NCBI RefSeq assembly: GCF_009914755.1
Contig: NC_060925.1
DNA from: the human T2T-CHM13v2.0 reference genome, Homo sapiens
DNA: 64,000 nucleotides
Strand: one strand, 5' to 3'
How positions within the stretch are numbered: position 1 is the first letter of the stretch; every line of letters starts with the position of its first letter. Positions 52,599 to 64,000 of the stretch are shown here, one piece after another. The position numbers and the translations under genes are program-made. Under the pieces are notes generated by a model. That model saw only the letters and a program-made list of their open reading frames with translations, was not told the origin of the DNA and did not search any database.

Positions 52599-53958
52599 TC
52601 AACATATCTCCCAAATTACTCAAATTATGTGGGAGGTGAGTTTTCAGTATAACCAAGAAACCTTTTACAAATAGACCCAATAGAATTTCCAAACTGCTAA
52701 GTTGTGCTGCAGTTAGGTGTGACAGCATTTAGGGTATGTTGCTGCTACTGAACCGTGGCAGGGGTGTGCTTCCAAAGTCAAATTGCTGTTACCAAAACAT
52801 GTTATTATGTTTAAGATTAAGTAATTTCCTTCACCTTAAAATATTTTTGTCTGGTGTACTGCAGTGTGCATGCTTTGATTTCAAATGTAATGTTGCAGGA
52901 ATTCCCAAAGGTAAGACATATATCTGTTAGGAAGTATTTTCCCTAAGAAACTCCGAAAAGAAAGTATACCATGTGGACTGGGGTCAGCACATATCTACTA
53001 CATCAAAGGAGGCTCTGCTTTTCTTTCAGGTTGAGAAGAAACGAACGTGTAGGATATAAAAATAGGGTTTTGTTTTATTTTGTTTTGCTTTTGCAATACA
53101 AAAATATGTCAAAATAAATTCATCACAGAATACTGTTTTCTTAAAAATTAAAGAAAAAATACACACACATACGCACTCTTACATCTTTTCAGCAGAATGC
53201 CTGTGACTTTTGGTAAAACAATATTCTACCCTGCTCACTAAGGACATTGCCTTGGAAATGAAGCAACTAATGATTATTCTCTCATTCATTTTTAGTCCAG
53301 TCATTCTTTATTGCAGCAGATGTTTTAGCAGTGTACCTCAGAAAATGAGTCATTTTCAACTTTATTAAAACCAGTACACTACATGAACCCATAACTGGTG
53401 AGGACTAAAAGAAAGTAATCGATCAAACATTTATTAAATCCCAACTATAAATCTTGTGCAAAGTATTGAAACTACAGGAGTGTTCCCAAGCAACACAAAT
53501 AGTCCTTGGTTTCCAGTGTTCCCTATAGTATAATTCAGCTCTTCCTGAACAAATCATTTTCAAGGTTTCAATAAATCAGTTTTAAAGCGGGAGGGTGGGT
53601 GTAAAGGAAAAATCATGACAACATGCAAACTAGGGATAACAAGAAAGAAACAGTTACTAAGTTCTGAAAAGCATTTTACAAAAGAAAATCACTAAGGCCT
53701 TCCTTGCCTTAAAACACAGTCATCGTCTTTTCCCTTTCAAAGGGGTGTATGTTTGAAAAAATTGCTTCTTACCACTGAATCTGCAGTAATTGTAGTCTTA
53801 ATATACATACTAAATGCTATTTTCCGATGCGTCTTTTAAATATGGTAAAGTATGAAACAATCATTTAAAAATAATTCCCCAAATTATTTGTACTTTGAGT
53901 TACTAAAGCTTTTAATTACCAAAAAAAAAAAAAAAAAGTGAACTTAAAGACGCATTTA

Positions 53959-54063
<105 letters not shown>

Positions 54064-57000
54064 TTAATTTCAAAGAAGAGATAGTTTTCATCTTAAATTG
54101 GATACATATAAAGAAAATAAATGGTAAAGATTTCAATAAGATAGAAACTAAAAATCATGGCATTTATATAGTTCTTTACAATATCACTGAAAATTATCAG
54201 TACAAGTGGTACCGAAAGCAACCTGTTTATGAAACTTCTTCAGATGTTATCATCATACCTAAAGATTGATGAGTATCATCTGCTGCCACTAATATGATTA
54301 ATATATACATTAAGTTAAATTTTGGTTTGGAAAGCTTTATAAACACTAAAGAAAGCAAATTTTTGTTCAGTAATTTCTATACTGTTTCTTTGAAGAAATG
54401 TGTTAGTGATAATTCCGTGAACCCTTTAAAAATTTAGACTGGAAAAGAAAAATTGAAAGATTGAAAAGAAATAAGAAAACTCAACAAAACACTCTCAGTT
54501 TCTAATGTGAGGAAATGTTTGAATGTACTTTCTCTCGTATGATTTATCTAGATTCTCTCCTAATACAAATGTTAATATTTCTTTTTCCTTGATTTAACCG
54601 TGGATGCTTTCAAAATGTTAATCAATGAATTAAATGTTTGTTGTTAGGCAAATAAATGTTAACACATTCTATTATTTGTATTTTGTAATATGGGCTAAAT
54701 AGAATTGGAGAGTTGTCACCCTTTTTATTGTGACTGCATTATGAAAAGTTGCCTCTTATTTTCCTTTTTCTATAGTTTTGAAGACCTCCAAGTCATATTT
54801 GCAGTGTTAGAAGGCTAAATGAAGGGTATATGTTAAATGTATAGATAGTCTAATATGAGCATGCCAATAATTTAAAATATTAAATATTATAGAAATAGTT
54901 GGAAGGCTAATCCCTTATGAAATCTATTTTATTAATTCAAGCAGATTTTTCCAAAGACACTTTGAAATGACAACAACAAAGTGCAACATTATAATTTTCA
55001 GCTAATTCTTCTACTAGTAATTCAGAAGCTTACAGTTTTAAAACATTTCTTTTTTCTATCTTCTAATGAGTTTTATGTAGCCTCTCAAAATGAAATTTAG
55101 CATATTGTAGTATTACAAACAGCAGTATAAAATAATGGGCCTGAGAATTTCATGTTGCCACTTTTGTATGGAGGGGTCCTTGAGAGGAAATCTCGGAAGA
55201 ATAAGGGGTCTAGTCTCTATTTCCTGTTTCCAAATGTCCATTACTTCTAATTATATGAGTAATTAATCCTAATTATAGTAATGCTTCCATACTTTAGCAA
55301 TTGTAGAGGTGAGATAAAGAATATTTAAATTGATTTAGGTGATAGTTCCATCCTCTTTGTATGCTCAAATAATTAACTGAAATGACAATTAAATAATATT
55401 TAATTTTATAAGTAGTCTTTCATACTCATGAAACTGGAATACTTAGTATTTTCTAGATTTCAATAGCTATAGCTTCTTTGTATAAATTTGGAAACAACTG
55501 TATTTAATTTTATAAATATATGCACATATATTTACAAATAAGAGTTGTAAAATTTGGTTAGTCTAAATAATATATGCCTACCCATTATTGGTTTGAAAAA
55601 CTTTAAATAATTTTTATGAGGTATTTATATTGATCTTGCTATCTCAACAAAGAAAGACTTAGAAGATAAAGTAAATGACGAGAAAAGCTGTTCTCTAGAT
55701 CCACAAGTTTTCCACATAAATAGTAATTTATTTAAGTTTCTTAAACTTCTGTTTTCAATAAAACTGAGTTTGAAAAATAGTTGCTCATACTGCTAATGGT
55801 TTCTCAGAAGTTCACATTCATTTTGGATATGCTCTTCTACATCACATGCTGAACTAGTGAAGAGAGGAAATGGAACATTCCCTGAGGTGATCCAAATCTT
55901 GAAAGTACATTTTTTCTGTAAAAATGGAAAATGTTTACATACTTATAAAACCCAGGTGCTGCTGGGCAAGTGGGAGACTAATTCTTATTCCATTAGCTCA
56001 TATTTTTCCAAATTTAAGAGAAAACAGATTAAAACATGTTTATCAAAAGGCGTTATAGTTTCATGTTATCCAAAAATCACAAATATACTGATTATATTAT
56101 CCACATTCATTGATAATAATACAAATATGCGGAACTTTTTATTTTCACTTATGCTAAGAATTTTTTTAAAGGGCCTATTAAGTGTCTGGTGCAGTGGCAA
56201 GGGCTAGGTACCTACTGATGATTAAAACAGACATGGTCTTTTGTTCTCATATATTCTATTGAGAAACAGATAGTAAACAAATAATCATACAATCCTTATA
56301 AATCTACAAACTGTGATAAATGCTATTAATTCACAAATTAGAATTGTTAGGAGAGACAAAATGGACATGTAAGACTAGAATGAAGGTTTAGGAAGTACCT
56401 GTCTTGGGACTTAGCATTTAAACCTGGATTTAATCAGTTATGATGCATTAGTAGATCAAATAATGAAGGGAAAAAAAGTATTCTACAGAGAAAAACAGCA
56501 TAGGAAAATCTTCAAGGCTTGAGGAGCTAAGAAAGTGATATTCCTACAAACAATTGATAAAGATGGCTGGAGTATAGTAAGCAAAGCGACGAGTGGCATG
56601 ACATGAGTTGGGTGAGGAGGACAGGGACAATTATCACTTAGATTTTATTTGAAGTGCAAAGGTTTATTTGCTGTTTTGTTCAATAATTATTTATGTACTG
56701 TAGGCTTTCTCCTTAAAGAACCTATAGTATGCTGGAGGAGATGACCAGAAAACAGGCAAGTGCAACACGACTCAGAAAGCACCAGGTAGTTGTTTACATA
56801 GTTTCATGAAAGAACACAGGAGACTGCACCTTAAATAGGGATTTCTAAGCAGTCTTGAATGACCAGTAGAGGCGAAGGAGGACAACACAGAGAAATAAAT
56901 GATTACTGTGAACAGCAATCATTGAACCTATCTATGTACTCTCACTTCCTAGGTGATCAGACCCAATGGTTCATGCCACTCTTCCCTTTGTTTACTATAC

Positions 57001-57179
57001 TCCTGCCGCCTTTATCAATTGTTTATAGGAATATCACTTTCTTAGCTCCTCAAGCCTTGAGGATTTTCCTATGCTGTTTTTCTCTATAGAATACTTTTTG
57101 TCCCTTCATTATTTGATCTACTAATTCATTATAACTGATTAAATTCTAGTTTAAATGCTAAGTCCCAAGACAGGTACTT

Positions 57180-57870
57180 CCTAAACCTTCATTCTAATCT
57201 TACATGTCTGTTTTGTCTGTCCTTTGGCCCAATCTAACTCCTCCATTTGGAAGTCTAATAGGCATTGTGAGTTAAAGAAAAGTCAAAAACCAAACTGCTG
57301 TTCTTCCTGCAAATAACCTATTTTTTTCTGCAATCTTCCCCATCTCAAAAAAATGTTATCTTACTCTTCTAAGTTATCAGTCAGTGAACTCTTTATTTCT
57401 ACCTTCAAAACATGTTCAGAATATGACCACTAACTACTTACCATTTCCACAGACACTATCCTGAAACGGGCCACCATCATGCCTCCTCTGTGCTACTTCA
57501 GAAACCTCCTAATTGATCTCTCTTCTGCCATCCTTATCTTCCTATAATCTATCTCATAATAACAGTCAGACTGATCTCTTTAAAATGTAAGTCAGATCTT
57601 TTCACTGTTCAGAATCCTCCAATGGCTTCCTATGTCATTCAGAGTTAAAATAAAAGATTGCACAGTGGCTTTTAAGGTCTGAATGATTTGATCTCTGCTA
57701 TACCTCTTCCCCCAAGCGTTACTTCTCTATCTTTTGACCACTTCACTCCACTCACAGTGAGTTCATCATAGTTTCTCCAGTACCCCATGCACCATGCCAT
57801 AGGGCAGTTGAATTTGGGCACTAAGATATTCCCATGGCTCATACCCTCATCACTCTGTTTAAATGCCATC
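57180..57870. mobile_element. L2 LINE fragment
   Basis: 'ggccaccatcat...cctcctaattgatctc...taaaatgtaagtcagatc...cctccaatggcttcc' are L2-like motifs. Confidence 0.55.
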
Positions 57871-58048
57871 TTGCCTACATACTCCCTGCCATGTGCTTAT
57901 ATTAAAAAAACTGAAACTCAAATGATAAAATCAGACCTAAGTTCAATTTTATGGAAATGTAGAGAATGATGAGTATTCTTTACTGTTTTGTACAATGCAA
58001 ACTTTGTAGGCCAACATATTCTTCCCTTGCCTTTGTCATTAAAAAACT

Positions 58049-58505
58049 GACACTCTCCTTGACCAAGCTTTAGCCAGGTTCCTGTGAGTCCCCTTCACTA
58101 CTAGTTAAGCCTTGACTTTGGGCTTCAGTGTCTGATCTTGTGGAGTCCAGTTTTAGTAAAATTTCTGATAAGTCAGTTTAGAGAGAATCTCCTCACTTCT
58201 GATACCTGATTGTTCTTAATACCTAATCAAATTCTTCAACTCACATCCTTGATATTTGCTCACCCTGGCTTGCCATTCAGTAGGAATCCTGTTAAGTCAG
58301 TTTAGCAAGAATTCCTCTTACCCATGTTGTCTCTTCTCAGTAATTATTCCATTACCCTTAACTTGCACCTTGGCTATAAATCCCCTGATTTCAGAGTTGG
58401 GCCAATCTGCCTCTCCCCTGCCATAGTTTTGACACCTATCACAGTAGTCCTGAATAAAGTCTCCCATGCCATTAACAACAGTCATAACAAGTTTTTTCTT
58501 TAACT
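58049..58505 (+). mobile_element. MER31-like ERV1 solo LTR
   Basis: 'ctctccttgaccaagctttag', repeated 'taagtcagtttag', 'ggctataaatcccc' TATA and 'ctgaataaagtc' poly(A). Confidence 0.65.
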
Positions 58506-60214
58506 TTGTATCAGAATAATAACTTTTGCCAGAAAAAATACTTATCTAAAATTATTTAGAATATGTTTTTCTTTCATTACTCAAAATTTCCTGAATGATA
58601 TGATCCAAAGTCATATTACAATATTCAGCAAAGTTGGGGTAAATAAAGAAAAATGTAAGTTTTCCCAGTTACCCCTAATGTCATATTAAAATATTCAGCA
58701 AATTTGAGGTAACTGGCAAAACTCACATTTACTCGTTTATATTTTCTGTGTCCTCTTTTTATCCATAAATATATAAGCTACTTCAAATCCTTTTTCTAAC
58801 AGTGTCAAAGCTTTAAATAAAGAATCAGTATCACCTAAAGACATCTAAAGGCACATGAGTTTATGTACCTAGAGGTGGAAATAAAGTTTACACGGTATGG
58901 AAAAATATCTTTGGGGAATTTTATGAAATAGGTGTGAAGTGTTTGAAATGAGGTTAAAAAAAAGGATACCTCAAAAAAGGAGGATAAAGAATTAGAAAGC
59001 ATTTTTAATAATAAAAAACAGTTTTCAGTTAACCCAGAGGTGATGACTTGGAGGAAAGATGATAAAAGTCTCCATTTTGGGTTGAACAGCTAGAAAGATA
59101 CTATCAGCACTATGTTTATATGGCAGTGTCTAATATCATGATAGCAGACTTGGGTAAATCTTTAAAATGTAAGAAAAATCATTGGTATTCATCTGAATTA
59201 AGAAAATAGTGCTTTTCAAATGAGATGCACTTTTACTCCTTAGTGCATATCTGTGTGTGCTTATTTAATCCACTGTGGTCCATTTATTAATCTCTAAATG
59301 TTAGTGCCAAAAAAGCACCAGGGATAACTAATGATTTGTAAATGAATATTCCTTCATTATCACTTTTGTCTCATTTTTTTTTTTTTAACGATTTCAGATT
59401 GTCAGCTTGGGTTCCATGATACTTTGATAGAAATAAACAGGGCAAGGACCTTAGATGGCAAGTATAAGAACTTTGAAATTCAATGCTGCACTTCAGAATA
59501 CAGAAGAGAATAAAAATAGCTGTGAAGAAAAAAAGTCACTCAAAGTCATGAACACTTAACTCTTGAGATAAAGCAATATTTTAAATTTAAAGTCATTTTT
59601 TGTTTCATCTTAAGTGATATTTATCTATAAAGAGACCTGTTTCTTAAATTCAGATACTTGCAGTTCATATATTTCATGTATTTCAAAGCTTAGCACATAC
59701 ATTTTGTTGTTTGACAGTGTGTTAAAATTTTTTAAGTGTCTTTAAAAAAAACAAGAAATTTAAGTAGATGAGTTGGTGAAAGAACGACAACTAATTCTGA
59801 AGGATTTAGAGCTACAGGTACATTCAACCCAAAGGCTTCAAAATCAGACTTCAAAATGAAGCATCCCAATCAGTCATTTTTCTTTTCATAGTCTTTTTCT
59901 CAATAATTGATGAAGCCATCTATATGATGTTAGATCTCATCGAAAAAAATGAAAAGATTTCTCTTACAGCACTTTTAGACCCATGCTTAAATTTTTCATA
60001 AATATCAAACAGAATCTGGTTCATTTAAGGATGTGTCATAATCACAATGTCTTTGTTCTTTCAAATAGTTTTATTACCTTTAAGTCAACTGGCCTAGGAC
60101 AGACCTGCTTTTGCTATGAACAACAGATGGGTTTCTACTGACTGGCCTACTGAATAGCCATATACAGCAGCTTTTCATTCTCAATCGTTATACCACTGCA
60201 GAAATGGCTATGTA

Positions 60215-60516
60215 TGTATGTAAGTATTTATTTTGAGACAGGTTCTTGCTCTGTTGCCCAGGCTGGAGTGCAGCGGTGCAATCATAGTCCACTGCAACCT
60301 CAACCTCCTGGACTCAAGCATCCTCCCACCTCAGCCTCCTGAGTAGCTGGGACCACAGGTGCACACCACCATACCTGGCTAATTTTTTGTATTTTAAGTA
60401 GAGATGGGGTTTCGCCATATTGCCCAAGCTGTTCTCAAACTTCTGGGCTCAAGCGATCTGTCCACCTAGGTCTCCCAAAGTGCTGGGAATACAGGCATGA
60501 GCCACCATGCTTGGCC
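60215..60516 (-). mobile_element. AluJ with (TACA)n-like tail
   Basis: AluJ diagnostics 'gcaatcatag..cactgcaacctcaacctcctgg.ctcaag..tcctccc'; TSD CTATGTA at 60208-60214 and 60517-60523. Confidence 0.9.
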
Positions 60517-60713
60517 CTATGTAGTTATTAATTTAAGCATCAGAATTTTAAATTGTGCTCTATTAATTGTCCATGAGTTAAATTGGAATCAAAGTAGAAC
60601 AGGTTTTGTCTTCTGTCTGATTTTCTTTTTTTTTTTAACCATTTCCCAATTGAGATTACCATATTAAGTGCCTTAGTTACAATGCTTATCACAGAGTATC
60701 AGAAAATTGGGTG

Positions 60714-61320
60714 TGTGTAAAGCAGAATAATGGCTCCCCCTCCAAAAAAATGTCCACACCTTGATTCCTGGAACCTGTGAATATGGCAAAAGGGATATTA
60801 CAGATAGAATTAATGTTATAAACTTTAAGATAGGGAGGTGATCCTGAATTACCTGGTTGAGCCCAATATAATCACATGAGCCTTTGAGGCAGAGGAGATT
60901 TGGTGGGAGAGATACGGCAAAAATGAAGTGGAGGTAGAGAAATTTAAGCAGGAAAAGACACCAACAGCTGTTGCTGGCTTTGAAGATGAATGAGATCATG
61001 AGTCAGGGAAGGTGGGAGGCCTCTGAGGTTGAGTAGGAGCCCCGTCTCACAGCCAGCAAGGAAATGGGGTCTTAGTCCCACAACTGCATGGAGCTCAATT
61101 TGGCCAACAACCTGAATAAAAATGGAAATGAATTCTTCCGCAGTCCCTCCAGAGACATTGATATCTTGATTTTAGCCCAGTGAGACTCTAAGCAGAAAAA
61201 CCAGATGCGTCATGCTATACCCAGACTTCTAACCTACAGAACTGTGAGATAATACGTTTGTGTCGTCTTAGGCCACTGAATTGTGGTAATTCGTTATAGC
61301 AGCAATAGAAATCTAATATA
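60714..61320 (+). mobile_element. MaLR solo LTR (MLT1D/E-like)
   Basis: 'gcagaataatggctcccc...cctggaacctgtgaatat...acagccagcaaggaaatgggg...atagcagcaatagaaatctaata'. Confidence 0.75.
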
Positions 61321-61352
61321 GGGAGAAATACACGCACATGTACATATAGGTG

Positions 61353-61717
61353 TGATATGGTTTGGCTCTGTGCCCCCACCCAAATCTCATGCTGAATTGT
61401 TATCTTTAGTGTTGGAGGAGGGGCCTGGTGCAGGTGATTGAATCATGGGGGCAGACTTTCCCCTTTGCTGTTCTTGTGACAGAGTTCTCATGAGATCTGG
61501 CTGTTTGAAAGGGTGTCGCACCTCTCCCTTCACTATTCTTCTCTCTCTGATCACTATGTGAAGACGTACTTGCTTTTCCTTCACTTCATGATTGCAAGTT
61601 TCCCAGCCATGCTTCCTGTACAGCCTGAGGAACTGTGAGTCAATTAAACCTCTTCTCTTCATAAATTACCCGGTCTCAGGCAGTTCTGTGTAGCGGTGTG
61701 AGAATGGACTAAATACA
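61353..61717 (+). mobile_element. MaLR solo LTR (MSTA-like)
   Basis: TGATATGGTTTGGCTCTGTG start; 'gaactgtgagtcaattaaacctctt'; ends 'gaatggactaaataca'. Near-TSD AGGTG/ATGTG. Confidence 0.85.
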
Positions 61718-61769
61718 ATGTGTATATGTATATAATGAAATACCCTATAATTATAGTTTTTATTATCTT

Positions 61770-61872
61770 TAAATTAGTATTTATTTTAAACTGGATTTTA
61801 AATCTTAAAAGGTTTAATGTAATATTAAATTGTATGAGATTTAAAATCCAGTTTAAAATAAATACTAATTTA
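61770..61872. repeat. Perfect 36-bp inverted repeat with 31-nt spacer
   Basis: 61770-61805 is the exact reverse complement of 61837-61872. Confidence 0.95.
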
Positions 61873-61926
61873 TAGAACCTACCATATTTCTTCTGTAAAA
61901 TTCTTATCTTTATAGGTCCTTCACAT

Positions 61927-62088
61927 AGGATTGCCAGATGTTGTAAATAAAAATATAGGATACCAGTATCTTGGTTCCAAATATTAATATTAATTCCATG
62001 CAATATTTGGGGGCATATTTACACTTAAAAATTAATTCATTGTTTATCTAAAATTTAACTACACTTGGCATCCTTCATGTCAACCCTA
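61927..62088. mobile_element. MER53-like palindromic MITE
   Basis: 'agg.ttgccagat...aaataaaaata.aggata...ccatgcaatatttggg..cata...ttgtttatct.aaattt...caaccct'. Confidence 0.65.
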
Positions 62089-63139
62089 ACTTCATAGCTT
62101 TCAAATTTTGTTCACATCTGATCTTTTTATAATCTGAGGACATTGGCTTCTTAGTGGAAAACCCCAAGGATGTCACCCTCTTCACACAGGCTGATCTATA
62201 ATTGTTTGAAAGAGACCTCAAAGGAAGGGGGGCTACATTTTTAGATGTTCCAACTATTGTGGAGACTGAATATATGTGTATGTGTTAAAACTGATAAAAT
62301 GTCCTAAAAGTATGTAGTCTATGAAAGGGCACATAAAGGATTGAACCCAGAAAATGATACATTTGGTCTTGGCAGAACTCTTTCTCTTTGGAAACTCCTT
62401 GGTACACATGGTACAGTTGTGTCCAGAAGCAGTGGATTGAGCCAGCACCTGTTAAACACTTTTTGTTAGTAAAGTAATGGTTAGAAATAAAATGTATAAA
62501 GCACAGGTATAAAATGGTACTAGTACATTTGTCAAAATTCACAGCAAGTATGATGCCACAGTGTTTGGTCACCTATTGTCAGATTTGTAGAAAAGACAGA
62601 ATAACTTTCACCCCCACATATAGCTACATGACACTGCTAGGAAGCGTCTCTCTGCTAACACCATGAGCCTCATCATGTTCAGCACTCACTAGGGTCAGGA
62701 TTTAGCACACTTGGGAGTATCTACAGAGCTAAAAGATATTTCTCTGCTGAGGTTACCAACACTCAGCTCAGCAGAAAGCAGACCTCAGAGAAATGGGAGT
62801 GCAGTCTACAATTATGTGAAAAAAATTAAGTGATCTGAAATACACTGAAACATCTGAAACCATAATAAATATATTAAAGTAGGCTCTTTATATCACAAAA
62901 GGAGAAAAATTTTAATAGATTGCTCTGGGATAGTAACAGTATCAAAAAATGCAGTAAACTCTTGAGATTTATACTTTAGAAAACAGCAATGTTCTTCTAC
63001 CAGGCATTGACTGCAGAGGAACCCAATTAGATGAATAATCGCTCTGAGATAATGTGGCATTCTGCATGTACTTCAAAACTACTGTTATATTGAAACTCAA
63101 GTGAATGACCACCTCCACATCCCCCAAAATTAAAATTTT

Positions 63140-63430
63140 GAGTGCTGATATTGAGTGCTTTCTATGTGCCAGATATTGTTCCAAGTCTATTTATTAATTT
63201 ATTTAACCCTCTCACCAAGTTAATGGGATAAGCATTCTTTGCCTTACTATTATCACCATTACCATTATTATTTCTGTTGTTGCTCTTATTATTACATTTG
63301 TTTCACATTTATGGCAACAGAGGCAGAAAGAGGTCAAATAACTTGCCCAAGGTAATACAATTAGGGGGTAACAGAGCCAATATTCATACCTAGTAGACAG
63401 GTTCTAGAGTTTATGCTCCTGAGCACTTTA
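63140..63430. mobile_element. MIR SINE
   Basis: 'attgagtgctttctatgtgccag...gaggcagaaagaggtcaaataacttgcccaaggt'. Confidence 0.6.
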
Positions 63431-64000
63431 CAAAGCTACCAAACTAAGATGAAGGAAACAATAAAGAGAAGCTAAACTGACATCTACAATTTTAAGAATT
63501 TAATTGTACAGACATTTATTTACATGCATAGCTAACAGTTATTGCCTTTGAGAAATAATTAAAGGAGAAGAACAACATATTAATAAGTATTACTATGGTT
63601 AACTATTTGGCATTAGTGTTCATCCAAATTAGTCATGATACCAGTGATGAAGGCCTTGTTAATAGCTAACAGGATTTAGTGTACTGTGCTAATTATCCTT
63701 TACTGGAGACATCTGTCCTCATTGTTCTCTGTGGTCAAGGGATTAAAGAATGTGGTAATTTTTCCTGTACTGGTGAACAACAAAGCTTTCCATCCTTTAG
63801 AGTCCAAATATAACTGTATAATCATTTCATGATAGTGGTTTCCAAAGTGGATTGTCAAAAAAATATAAATTGGGGTACATGAAGAACACATTCGAATTCC
63901 AGCTGATATTTTCCCACGGAAAAATTAAACTTTAATACTTAAAATATGAATGACACTGGTGTCCTCACTTTTTCCATGCTCTATGGAGTGGAATCCCATG

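Noticed and set aside
62254-62448. Possible extra ADGRL4 exon after 'tttaacag'
   Set aside because: Weak polypyrimidine tract and no adhesion-GPCR-like translation; the expected preceding TM5 exon is not in the window.

Overview
Primate (very likely human) genomic DNA, AT-rich and dominated by repeats. The only host gene is the 3' end of ADGRL4 (ELTD1, an adhesion GPCR) on the minus strand: three terminal coding exons (54051-53960, 52554-52386, 52078-52016) and a 3' UTR running to a poly(A) signal at 50642-50647. The region 54052-64000 is intronic. Downstream of the gene are two large retroelements. The first is a full-length L1PA2-type LINE-1 (6261-12336, minus) with intact ORF1 and ORF0 and an ORF2 broken only by one extra T. 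The second is an 8.7-kb env-containing HERV-H provirus (33050-41778, plus) nested inside a complete MaLR (MST) element. Many Alu, MIR, L2, L1M, MLT and MER fragments fill the rest. I see no demonstrably new biological system. The best leads are: a decayed hydrophobic ORF (or ORF pair) tiling the HERV-H pol-env gap; a 283-aa truncated, possibly secreted HERV-H Env SU ORF; a Phe-like primer-binding site on this HERV-H; an L1/AluY chimera inside a single target-site duplication (TSD); the L1 that is one base from intact; and a perfect 36-bp inverted repeat in the ADGRL4 intron. Repeat subfamily names come from recognising consensus motifs by eye and need RepeatMasker/Dfam confirmation.
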